Shown in pieces: positions 1-8,292 of a DNA stretch of 64,000 nucleotides. The DNA lies in NCBI GenBank assembly GCA_017940415.1, contig JAGAYR010000012.1, positions 4,723-68,722 on the forward strand, given 5' to 3'. The notes below the pieces were generated by a model. It did not search any database. It was not told the DNA's origin and saw nothing but the letters and a program-made list of their open reading frames with translations. Source of the DNA: Lachnospiraceae bacterium. Lineage in GTDB: Bacteria > Bacillota > Clostridia > Lachnospirales > Lachnospiraceae. The position numbers and the translations under genes were made by a program. Position 1 is the stretch's first letter. Every line of letters begins with the position of its first letter.

Positions 1-539
1 TCGGTGCATTATACGCGAAAAAGAAGCATCTGGAGAAATTGCGTCCCTTCATGTACGGCGGAGAGATGATCGCAACCGTACACTGGGACAGAGTAACATA
101 TGCCGAAATTCCCCATAAATTCGAGGCGGGAACCGTCAATGTGGGCGGTGCCGTAGGATTATCCGCAGCAATCGATTTTATTAATGAGGTCGGTTGGGAT
201 ATAATGGAGAAGCAGGAAGAAAAGCTTACGCTGAAAGCCGTAAACGGAATCAAGGAAATAAACGGCATTCGTCTGATCGGTTCGGACAGACCCGAAGATC
301 ATAAAGGCATCGTGACATTTATGGTTGACGATGTTCATCCTCACGATGTTGCGGACATTATGGGAAGAGCCGGAGTGTGTGTGAGAGCCGGACATCACTG
401 TGCCCAGCCTCTTATGGATCATCTCGGAGTTAAGTCCACCTGCCGTGCAAGCTTTGCTTTCTACAATACCGAAGAAGAAGTGGACAAGTTCCTTACGGAG
501 CTTTCCAAAGTCAGGGGATTGATGGGATATGGATTTTAA
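1..539 (+). CDS. sufS: Cysteine desulfurase SufS (5'-truncated by window edge)
   Basis: KFEAGT and VRAGHHCAQP catalytic-Cys motif, RASFAFYN; frame open to window edge; followed by sufU. Confidence 0.95.
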   Translation, partial: GALYAKKKHLEKLRPFMYGGEMIATVHWDRVTYAEIPHKFEAGTVNVGGAVGLSAAIDFINEVGWDIMEKQEEKLTLKAVNGIKEINGIRLIGSDRPEDHKGIVTFMVDDVHPHDVADIMGRAGVCVRAGHHCAQPLMDHLGVKSTCRASFAFYNTEEEVDKFLTELSKVRGLMGYGF

Positions 540-957
540 AACCTTTTATAACGAGGTTGTTACTGACCACAATATGCATCCGCTTCACAAGCATGCGATC
601 GAAAATCCGGATTTTGAGATGGAAGGGGTAAATCCTTCCTGCGGAGACGAGATCACACTTCAGCTTAAAGTGAAGGACGGAGTAATCACGGAGGGCGGTT
701 TTGTCGGCGACGGATGTGCCATTTCACAGGCCTCCGCGGACATAATGATCGATATGGTCATCGGAAAAAAGACCGAAGAAGCACTTCATCTTGCAGACCT
801 TTTCATAAGAATGATAAAGAGTGAGGCAAGTCCCGAAGAAATAGATGAACTTCAGGAAGCAGGCGCCCTGGCAGATATCTCACATATGCCCGCCAGAGTA
901 AAATGTGCGGTTCTGGGATGGCACACTTTGGATGAAATGATCGGAAAGAAAGATTAA
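529..957 (+). CDS. sufU: SUF system Fe-S assembly protein SufU (NifU-N family)
   Basis: NPSCGD, GCAISQASA, RVKCA motifs; overlaps sufS. Confidence 0.95.
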   Translation: MDFKTFYNEVVTDHNMHPLHKHAIENPDFEMEGVNPSCGDEITLQLKVKDGVITEGGFVGDGCAISQASADIMIDMVIGKKTEEALHLADLFIRMIKSEASPEEIDELQEAGALADISHMPARVKCAVLGWHTLDEMIGKKD

Positions 958-964
958 TAAAGAT

Positions 965-1000
965 AAAGCCGCCCGCCCTATGTAAGCGGACGGCTTTTTT
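965..1000 (+). terminator. Rho-independent terminator
   Basis: aaagccgcccgc...gcggacggc hairpin followed by T6. Confidence 0.75.
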
Positions 1001-1086
1001 ATGGGATTTTACAGATTTTTATGATAAACTGTAAGGTAGCCCGAATAGGCAGTATCAAATGATTTTCTGATTAGAACGGATACAAA

Positions 1087-1677
1087 ATGGCTAAGATCAT
1101 ATGCCTGCTTGGCAAGAGCTGCAGCGGAAAAGACACAATATATAAAAAGCTTATTGCGGATGAGAGTCTTGACCTGGTACCATTGGTCACCTATACCACT
1201 CGTCCCTTAAGAAGCGGTGAACAGGAAGGCAGAGAGTATCATTTCACGGACGAAGCCGGATTTAATGCTCTTAAAGAGCAGGGTAAAGTCATAGAAGACA
1301 GATCCTATGATACGGTTTACGGCCTTTGGAGATATTTCACCGTAGATGACGGAACCTTCAATCCGGACGGTAAAAACGTTATTGCGGCCGCCGGAACGAT
1401 TCCCGCATATATAAGACTCAGAGATCATTTCGGTGCCGATAATATCGTGGCGGCAATGATAGAGACCGATGACGGCATCAGACTCGAAAGAGCCATGAGA
1501 CGTGAGAAAAAGCAGGCTGCTCCCAGATATAAGGAGATGTGCCGCAGGTTCATCACCGACTCGGAGGATTTTGACGAAGAAAAGCTGAGTGCGGCGGGGA
1601 TCACTAATATATTTATGAACAATGACGATCTTGCGGAGTGTGTTGATAAAGTAAAGGAATTTATCAGGCAGCTTTAA
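1087..1677 (+). CDS. Guanylate kinase-family nucleotide kinase
   Basis: P-loop GKSCSGKDT and [17 protein letters not shown] guanylate kinase signature. Confidence 0.85.
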   Translation: MAKIICLLGKSCSGKDTIYKKLIADESLDLVPLVTYTTRPLRSGEQEGREYHFTDEAGFNALKEQGKVIEDRSYDTVYGLWRYFTVDDGTFNPDGKNVIAAAGTIPAYIRLRDHFGADNIVAAMIETDDGIRLERAMRREKKQAAPRYKEMCRRFITDSEDFDEEKLSAAGITNIFMNNDDLAECVDKVKEFIRQL

Positions 1678-2117
1678 TGGATATAAGAGTAAACCAGGTA
1701 AATCAAACAGCTCAGGTTGCACAGTCCCAGCATGTTCAGGAATCCGACGGCAGCTTTAAATTCATGCTTGCCAGCAACATTGAGGAAGCCGAACTTGCCG
1801 GAAAGCTCAGTGCGCTTATGGAGCAGATCGATGCCGAAGGTAAAAAGCTGGCAAAACGCAGGGATGTCAAGGATATGAGACATTACCGCAGCCTGGTCAA
1901 AGATTTCCTTAACGAGATCGTAACGCATTCCCATTCTTTTACCAGAGAGAATTTCCTCGACAGAAAAGGAAGACACAGGGTTTACGGAATAATAAGGCTG
2001 GTTGACGACAATCTCGATCAGCTTGCTCAGGAACTGATGAGAGACGAGAAGGATAATCTCGAGATCTTAAACAAGATCGGAGAGATAAGAGGTTTGCTGC
2101 TGGATATCTTCACCTGA
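1677..2117 (+). CDS. yaaR: YaaR/DUF327 family protein
   Basis: YRSLVKDFL and [10 protein letters not shown] motifs; sits before holB. Confidence 0.85.
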   Translation: MDIRVNQVNQTAQVAQSQHVQESDGSFKFMLASNIEEAELAGKLSALMEQIDAEGKKLAKRRDVKDMRHYRSLVKDFLNEIVTHSHSFTRENFLDRKGRHRVYGIIRLVDDNLDQLAQELMRDEKDNLEILNKIGEIRGLLLDIFT

Positions 2118-2131
2118 CAGGGGGGTTAACG

Positions 2132-3124
2132 ATGCCGAAGCTTTCTCAGATAATCGGACAGGATCTTATCAAAAAACAGATACAGGAGTCGGTCGAAAAC
2201 GACAGAGTGGCTCAGGCCTATATCCTTACCGGTGAAAAAGGAGCGGGTAAGGAATTTATAGCGTCTGCCTTTGCGGAGTTTTTAGTATGTGAAAACCGCG
2301 GAGCCGATGCATGCGGAGAATGCCATTCCTGTAAACAGGCCGAAAGCAGGGTTCATCCCGATATTAAATATGTGATCCACGAAAAACCCAATTCCATCGG
2401 AGTTGAGGAAGTAAGGGATCAGATATGCAACGATCTTCCCATAAAGCCTTATCAGGCGGCACGTAAGATCTACATCGTCAGTGAAGCGGATAAACTTACG
2501 ACTCAGGCTCAGAATGCGCTTTTGAAGAGCCTTGAGGAGGCACCCACATATGCAGTCATATTGCTGCTGGTTTCAAACCTCCAGATGATGCTTCCCACCG
2601 TAAGATCCAGATGTATCACCTGGGAACTTAAACCGGTTCCGGGAGATGTGCTTAAGAAATATCTGATGAGGGAACTTCAGGTTCCGGATTACAGGGCGGA
2701 TATTGCAATAGCCTTCGCTCAGGGAAATCTCGGAAAAGCCAGGGATATGGCGTCCAGCGATGACTTCTCCGCAATGCAGGCAGCTGCCCAGTCGGTGGTA
2801 AAGAATGCACGTGATGATTCCATTGCGGATATGATCGCACTTGTAAGAAGCCTTGCGGAATATAAGGTTGATCCGGGTGAATTCCTGGATATGATCACCG
2901 TATGGTACAGGGATATACTTATGTTCAAGGCAACGGGTGAAACCGACAGCCTTGTTTATAAAGACGATATTTCCATAATAAGAAAAGCCTCCAGAAGGAG
3001 CAGTTATGAAGGTATCGAGGAAGTGCTTCAGGCCATAAGCCGAGCACGTGAAAGATTAAGAGCTAATGTCGGCTTTGAGATAACCATGGAACTTCTCTTT
3101 GCCGTGATTCAGGAGAACGGATAA
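2132..3124 (+). CDS. holB: DNA polymerase III subunit delta'
   Basis: ACGECHSC Zn motif, HPD, AQNALLKSLEE, TVRSRC. Confidence 0.95.
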   Translation: MPKLSQIIGQDLIKKQIQESVENDRVAQAYILTGEKGAGKEFIASAFAEFLVCENRGADACGECHSCKQAESRVHPDIKYVIHEKPNSIGVEEVRDQICNDLPIKPYQAARKIYIVSEADKLTTQAQNALLKSLEEAPTYAVILLLVSNLQMMLPTVRSRCITWELKPVPGDVLKKYLMRELQVPDYRADIAIAFAQGNLGKARDMASSDDFSAMQAAAQSVVKNARDDSIADMIALVRSLAEYKVDPGEFLDMITVWYRDILMFKATGETDSLVYKDDISIIRKASRRSSYEGIEEVLQAISRARERLRANVGFEITMELLFAVIQENG

Positions 3125-3155
3125 TAAAGGGGCGAATTTTGCCCCGGGAGATGAA

Positions 3156-4265
3156 ATGAAGGTAATAGCTGTAAGATTTAAGACCGGTGGAAAGAGTTAT
3201 TTTTTTGATCCCGGAGATATAGATATCAGAAAGGATGATCACTGCATCGTAGAGACCGTTAAGGGTATCGAGTACGCCCAGGCGGTAAGCGACATTCAGG
3301 ATGTTGATGAATCCAGGATAACCGTACCTCTTCGCAAGGTCATGAGAAAAGCCACCGATGCGGATGACAGACAGGTGGCGGAGAACGCATCCAGAGAAAA
3401 GAATGCATATCGCATCGCTCAGGAAAAGATTGCCGAGCACGGACTCGACATGAAACTTACCGATGTGGAATATGCTTTTGACAACAGCAAGATTGTTTTC
3501 TTTTTCGTAGCTGAACAGAGAGTCGATTTCAGAGATCTGGTCAAGGATCTTGCAGGAGTTTTCAGAACCAGGATCGAACTCAGACAGATTGGTGTAAGGG
3601 ATGAGGCAAGGAGTCTCGGAGGTTTCGGATCGTGCGGAAGACCTCTTTGCTGCTCCGAATTTTTAAGTGATTTCGTTCCCGTGTCCATAAAGATGGCCAA
3701 GGAACAGAACCTTTCTCTCAACCCTACCAAGATTTCCGGTGTATGCGGAAGACTTATGTGCTGCCTCAAATATGAAGAAGAGGCGTATGAGGAACTTAAC
3801 TCCACCATGCCCGCCCTCGGCGACTATGTTGCCACTTCCGACGGAATGAGGGGCGAGGTATCGAGCATCAATGTCCTCAGACAGATTGCCAAGGTTCTCG
3901 TAGAAAACGGCGATGATAAGGAGCTTCGCGATTATCCCGCTTCTGATATCACCGTTCTTCGCAGGAAGAAAGGAAAACGCGGCGGAAGTCATGCGAGCAT
4001 AGCAGCGGAGGATTCTCCTGAAATGCTGGCACTTCTTGAGGATGAAGCAAAGGAGAAGAAATCTGAAAATAACCGTAACAATAAATCCGGGGGATCCGAA
4101 CAGGGCGGTAAGAAGGACCATCAGGATAAGAACCGCGGCGGAAACCAGGGCGGAAACAGGGACAAAAAGCCCCACAACAACGGCAAAAATGATAACAGAA
4201 ACCGCGACAAACGCGGAAAAGGCGAGAGAGATAAACAAAGTGGCGGAGAGTCGGGTCAGTCTTAA
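3156..4265 (+). CDS. yaaT: Stage 0 sporulation/PSP1 family protein YaaT (RicT) with low-complexity C-terminal tail
   Basis: RVDFRDLVKDL, IELRQIGVRDE, GSCGRPLCC, KISGVCGRLMCCL. Confidence 0.93.
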   Translation: MKVIAVRFKTGGKSYFFDPGDIDIRKDDHCIVETVKGIEYAQAVSDIQDVDESRITVPLRKVMRKATDADDRQVAENASREKNAYRIAQEKIAEHGLDMKLTDVEYAFDNSKIVFFFVAEQRVDFRDLVKDLAGVFRTRIELRQIGVRDEARSLGGFGSCGRPLCCSEFLSDFVPVSIKMAKEQNLSLNPTKISGVCGRLMCCLKYEEEAYEELNSTMPALGDYVATSDGMRGEVSSINVLRQIAKVLVENGDDKELRDYPASDITVLRRKKGKRGGSHASIAAEDSPEMLALLEDEAKEKKSENNRNNKSGGSEQGGKKDHQDKNRGGNQGGNRDKKPHNNGKNDNRNRDKRGKGERDKQSGGESGQS

Positions 4266-4986
4266 GGGCGCAGAGAGAATAGACGATCTCCAGAGAGCGG
4301 GACTTAAGATAATACAGGATCCCGAGAGGTTCTGCTTTGGCATGGACGCAGTTCTCCTGAGCCACTTTGCCAAGGTGCAGCCTTCGGGTAAGGTGCTCGA
4401 TATGGGCACCGGAACCGGTATAATTCCCATTCTTATGAGTGCTCTTTCGGAAGCATCTCATCTGACCGGACTGGAGATTCAGGAAGAAAGCGCCGACATG
4501 GCCGCAAGAAGCATACGCTTAAACGGACTTGAGGACAGGCTCTCTATCGTAAAAGGAGATATTAAAGAGGCAGGAAGTTTATTTTCCCATGCCTTTTTTG
4601 ATGTTATAACCTGTAATCCTCCCTATCTTCAGGTAGATCACGGGATAGTCAATCCTTCGGATGCTAAGGCTATAGCCAGGCATGAAGTGCTGTGTACACT
4701 GGAAGACGTGATAAGCGCAGCGACGGTTTTGTTAAAACCCGGCGGACATTTTTACATGGTTCACAGACCCTTCAGGCTGTCTGAGATCATGAATGTAATG
4801 CATGCCCATAAACTGGAACCTAAGAGGATGAGACTGGTATATCCCATGGCGGATAAGGAGCCTAACATGGTCCTTATCGAGGGGATAAGAGGGGCGAATA
4901 TGAGGATCGAAGTGGAAAAACCCCTGATCCTTCAAAACGCCGACGGAAGCTACACTGACGAAGTTAAGGAGTGGTACGGATTCTGA
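4240..4986 (+). CDS. tRNA1(Val) adenine(37)-N6 methyltransferase (YabB-like)
   Basis: FGMDAVLL, DMGTGTG SAM motif, CNPPY, ARHE; start moved to in-frame GTG 4240 (the ORF-track N-terminus overlaps yaaT). Confidence 0.88.
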   Translation: MAESRVSLKGAERIDDLQRAGLKIIQDPERFCFGMDAVLLSHFAKVQPSGKVLDMGTGTGIIPILMSALSEASHLTGLEIQEESADMAARSIRLNGLEDRLSIVKGDIKEAGSLFSHAFFDVITCNPPYLQVDHGIVNPSDAKAIARHEVLCTLEDVISAATVLLKPGGHFYMVHRPFRLSEIMNVMHAHKLEPKRMRLVYPMADKEPNMVLIEGIRGANMRIEVEKPLILQNADGSYTDEVKEWYGF

Positions 4987-5846
4987 TGGAAGGAATGCTC
5001 AGTCTGTGCGCAACACCCATAGGTAATCTCGGAGACATGTCCCCGAGAATATTGGAGTGCCTTGAAAATGCGGATCTCATTGCCGCAGAGGATACCAGAA
5101 ACAGTATAAAGCTTCTGAATCATTTCGATATTCATACTCCCATGACCAGCTACCATGAATTCAATAAGTACGACAAAGCGGCGGAACTGATCGGGCTTAT
5201 GAGAGAGGGTAAGAATATCGCTCTTATTACCGATGCGGGAACTCCCGCAATTTCAGACCCCGGAGAAGTACTGGTTGCCATGTGCATAGAGGCGGGCATC
5301 ACCGTGACTTCCCTTCCCGGTCCCTGCGCCTGCATCACGGCCCTTACCCTTTCGGGCTTAAATACCAGAAGATTCGTATTTGAAGGTTTTATCCCAAGGG
5401 AAAAGAAAGAAAGGGCTGAGGTTCTTAAGTCCATAGAAAACGAGACCAGAACCATCATCTGTTATGAGGCGCCCCATCATCTGAAAGGAACCCTTTCCGA
5501 CCTGGCGGGGGCGTTAACGGACGGAAATAAGAGAAAGATCGCTCTATGCAGAGAGCTTACCAAGAAATTCGAGGAAGTCATCCACACCACCGTAGAGGGT
5601 GCGATCCTTAAGTATGAAAATGAAGAACCCAGAGGCGAATATGTCCTTGTCATAGAAGGAATGGATCCCGAGGAACTTAAGGCCAGGGACCGTGCTTCAT
5701 GGGAAGAAATGAGCATAGAAGATCACGTTAAGATGTATGAAGATAAAGGAATGGACCGTAAGGAAGCCATGAAAGCGGCAGCTTCCGACAGGGGTGTGTC
5801 CAAGAGAGATATCTATGCATATCTGGAAAAATCCGGCAAAAAATAG
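4986..5846 (+). CDS. rsmI: 16S rRNA (cytidine1402-2'-O)-methyltransferase
   Basis: ATPIGNLGD, AAEDTR, DAGTPAISDPG, CRELTKKFEE; ATG overlaps the upstream stop. Confidence 0.95.
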   Translation: MEGMLSLCATPIGNLGDMSPRILECLENADLIAAEDTRNSIKLLNHFDIHTPMTSYHEFNKYDKAAELIGLMREGKNIALITDAGTPAISDPGEVLVAMCIEAGITVTSLPGPCACITALTLSGLNTRRFVFEGFIPREKKERAEVLKSIENETRTIICYEAPHHLKGTLSDLAGALTDGNKRKIALCRELTKKFEEVIHTTVEGAILKYENEEPRGEYVLVIEGMDPEELKARDRASWEEMSIEDHVKMYEDKGMDRKEAMKAAASDRGVSKRDIYAYLEKSGKK

Positions 5847-5966
5847 AAGCTCTTAGCCCTTCGGAAGCCGTTTTCATTGCTTTTTAGCGCCCGAAGTGCT
5901 AATCTTTTAAAGGTTTTAGCGGTATTTTCACCGAATAAACAAGATTAATTAAGAGAGGTTTTTAAA

Positions 5967-7307
5967 ATGGCTGAACAGGCAAAACAGGGAGGATGGCGTG
6001 CCAACAAGTGGGTTCGCGCAGCTATTCCCGCACTTCTTCTTCACTGCAGTATCGGTACCGTTTACTGCTGGTCGATCTTTTCACAGGAGATCGCGGATTA
6101 TATCGGATATTCAAAGGGAGCCGTTGAATGGGCGTTCTCTTTTGCAATCTTTTTCCTCGGAATGAGCGCAGCTTTCCTCGGAAACATCGTTGAGAAGGAC
6201 ATCCACAAGTCTTCACTCATCGCTACCATTTGTTTCTCCGTAGGAATGCTCCTTACCGGTGTGTTCATTATGTACGGCGGAAGTCATCAGCACAGCCCCG
6301 TTGCACTTATAGGTATTTACCTCAGCTACGGATTTATCATGGGTGTAGGACTCGGTACCGGATATCTTTCACCTGTTAAGACACTTATGCTTTGGTTCCA
6401 GGACAGAAAGGGACTTGCTACCGGACTTGCAGTTGCGGGATTCGGAGCAGCTAAGGCTATCGCAAGCCCTATCATGCAGGGAATGCTTAATGGACTCGGA
6501 GACGGCGGAATCTACAAGATGTTCATGATCCTTGCCGGAGTATACTTCGTAATGATGTTCGTAGGACACCTTCTTCTTGCTAAGCCCGCTGACTGGCATG
6601 AGCCTCAGAACAGCGCTGATAAGCCCAAGATCATGGATGTTCTTAAGACCAAGCCCCTTACCAACTACATCGGTATCTGGGTTATGTTCTATATTAACAT
6701 CACCTGCGGACTTGCTCTTATCTCCCAGGAGAAGATGATCGTTAAGTGTGTAGGCCTTGCAGCTATGGCAGGTGTCATCTCTACCGTATCGGCTATCTTC
6801 AATGCAGGCGGACGTCTCGGATTCTCCGCATGGGCTGATACCATGAAGGACAGAAATACCATCTACAAGATGATCTTCGTTCTTTCCATCGCATTTACCG
6901 CTCTTGTAATGCTTACCGGCGGAATTAAGAACGGCGAGGGCAACGGACTTCTTATCTTCCTTGTTCTTGCGCTTATCTTTGTTGTAAACGCAGGATACGG
7001 CGGAGGATTCTCCAACGTTCCCACCCTCCTTTCCGACCATTACGGAATGGGCTCCATCTCAGCAATCCACGGAATCACTCTTTCCGCTTGGGCATTTGCG
7101 GGACTTACCGGAAACCAGGTTGCAACTTACATTGTTAACCACACCGGAGAGTTCGTAGAGCACGGAACCGATGCCGCAGGAAAGGCTATCATGATCAATC
7201 CTGTCGGATATCAGAACGTACTTATTTTCACCATTGCACTTTATATTCTTGCACTTGTCCTTTGCCTTGTACTTGTTAAGCCTTCAAATACCAAAGGTGC
7301 AAAATAA
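5967..7307 (+). CDS. MFS transporter, oxalate/formate antiporter (OFA)-like
   Basis: About 12 hydrophobic segments; IGTVYCWS, WFQDRKGLATGLAVAGFG, FNAGGR, YGGGFS. Confidence 0.85.
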   Translation: MAEQAKQGGWRANKWVRAAIPALLLHCSIGTVYCWSIFSQEIADYIGYSKGAVEWAFSFAIFFLGMSAAFLGNIVEKDIHKSSLIATICFSVGMLLTGVFIMYGGSHQHSPVALIGIYLSYGFIMGVGLGTGYLSPVKTLMLWFQDRKGLATGLAVAGFGAAKAIASPIMQGMLNGLGDGGIYKMFMILAGVYFVMMFVGHLLLAKPADWHEPQNSADKPKIMDVLKTKPLTNYIGIWVMFYINITCGLALISQEKMIVKCVGLAAMAGVISTVSAIFNAGGRLGFSAWADTMKDRNTIYKMIFVLSIAFTALVMLTGGIKNGEGNGLLIFLVLALIFVVNAGYGGGFSNVPTLLSDHYGMGSISAIHGITLSAWAFAGLTGNQVATYIVNHTGEFVEHGTDAAGKAIMINPVGYQNVLIFTIALYILALVLCLVLVKPSNTKGAK

Positions 7308-7480
7308 TGTATTCATGTGACACATGCGTAAATTACGTGTATGATGAAGAGGACGATTCATACGATTGTATGGTCGAAATGGATGAGGATGATGCATACC
7401 GTATAAACACTGATAAGAGAGCCCAGTGCCCGTATTACAGGCTCGATGATGAATATGCGGTTGTCAGACATCAAATGTAA
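7307..7480 (+). CDS. Small Cys/acidic protein, 57 aa (DUF6472-like); below ORF-track cutoff
   Basis: Translated by hand: MYSCDTCVNYVYDEEDDSYDCMVEMDEDD...CPYYRLDDEYAVVRHQM; ATG overlaps upstream TAA. Confidence 0.8.
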   Translation: MYSCDTCVNYVYDEEDDSYDCMVEMDEDDAYRINTDKRAQCPYYRLDDEYAVVRHQM

Positions 7481-7494
7481 TAAGGAGAATAACT

Positions 7495-8076
7495 ATGGCA
7501 AAAGAAACTAAGCTCGGCATTAACGAATATTGGTTTGTGGCACTTATATTCCTGGCAGCACTTCTCGGCCCCATTCCTTTCCTGGGACTTATCATTTACG
7601 GAGCTGTTGTCGAAAACAGCAAGGTTATCAAGGGTGGAAGCAAGAGTGCTCTTATCCTTTATGCGGGAGTTAAGATCCTTCAGTACCTTCTCGATGTACT
7701 TGTATATCTTGTAAGGTGCTTTGACGTATCCGAGTACGGACTTAACGGATTCTACAGCTTCATGAACAGAGTTGATTATTTTATCGACGGCGTGTTCTAC
7801 GGTGCGATCCTTGTATTCCTTGTTATCAACGTTGTTAAGGGACTTTCTTCCGGATCATCCGTTTCAACACAGGCCGTAAATCCTCTTCTTGCGGCAGGAA
7901 TCGAAAAGGCAGAAAATGAAGCCGCAGCAAAAGCAGCAGCACCCGCAGCAGCTCCTGCTACCGCACCCGCTAAAGAAGAAGCTCCCAAGAAGACCCCCGA
8001 GGTTTGCCCCAACTGCGGAAAGAAGCTTACCGAAGGCGTTAAATTCTGCGCAGGATGCGGAACCAAGATCGGATAA
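7495..8076 (+). CDS. Membrane protein with C-terminal zinc ribbon
   Basis: RBS AAGGAG; N-terminal TM segments, Ala/Pro linker, CPNCG...FCAGCG. Confidence 0.8.
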   Translation: MAKETKLGINEYWFVALIFLAALLGPIPFLGLIIYGAVVENSKVIKGGSKSALILYAGVKILQYLLDVLVYLVRCFDVSEYGLNGFYSFMNRVDYFIDGVFYGAILVFLVINVVKGLSSGSSVSTQAVNPLLAAGIEKAENEAAAKAAAPAAAPATAPAKEEAPKKTPEVCPNCGKKLTEGVKFCAGCGTKIG

Positions 8077-8095
8077 TTACCATCTATAGCAATAC

Positions 8096-8128
8096 AAACG
8101 GACAGGTAAAAACCTGTCCGTTTTTTTT
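8096..8128 (+). terminator. Rho-independent terminator
   Basis: aaacggacagg/cctgtccgttt perfect stem plus T8. Confidence 0.85.
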
Positions 8129-8181
8129 AGCAAATTTTGGTTTGTTTATATGCAAAAAATGTGGAGAAACCGCGGTTTCAA

Positions 8182-8190
8182 TGATATAAT
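8182..8190 (+). promoter_or_regulatory. Extended -10 promoter element for the fapA-like gene
   Basis: TGATATAAT matches TGnTATAAT. Confidence 0.6.
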
Positions 8191-8196
8191 CGTAGA

Positions 8197-8290
8197 TAGC
8201 GGTATCGGGTAATGATCTGTTTGCCAAGATTGTCAACTTTTGGGGTGTTGACGGCTTTGCAAACAGTTAAATTACACTAAGGTACTGCTG
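8197..8290 (+). promoter_or_regulatory. Long structured 5' leader (imperfect ~94-nt hairpin covering the RBS)
   Basis: Nested pairings 8197-8206/8281-8290, 8209-8213/8271-8275, 8217-8224/8259-8266, 8230-8237/8247-8254. Confidence 0.6.
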
Positions 8291-8292
8291 AT

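Noticed and set aside
4036-4239. Long N-terminal extension of the methyltransferase ORF
   Set aside because: It is an alternative frame of the yaaT low-complexity tail; GTG 4240 gives a normal length.
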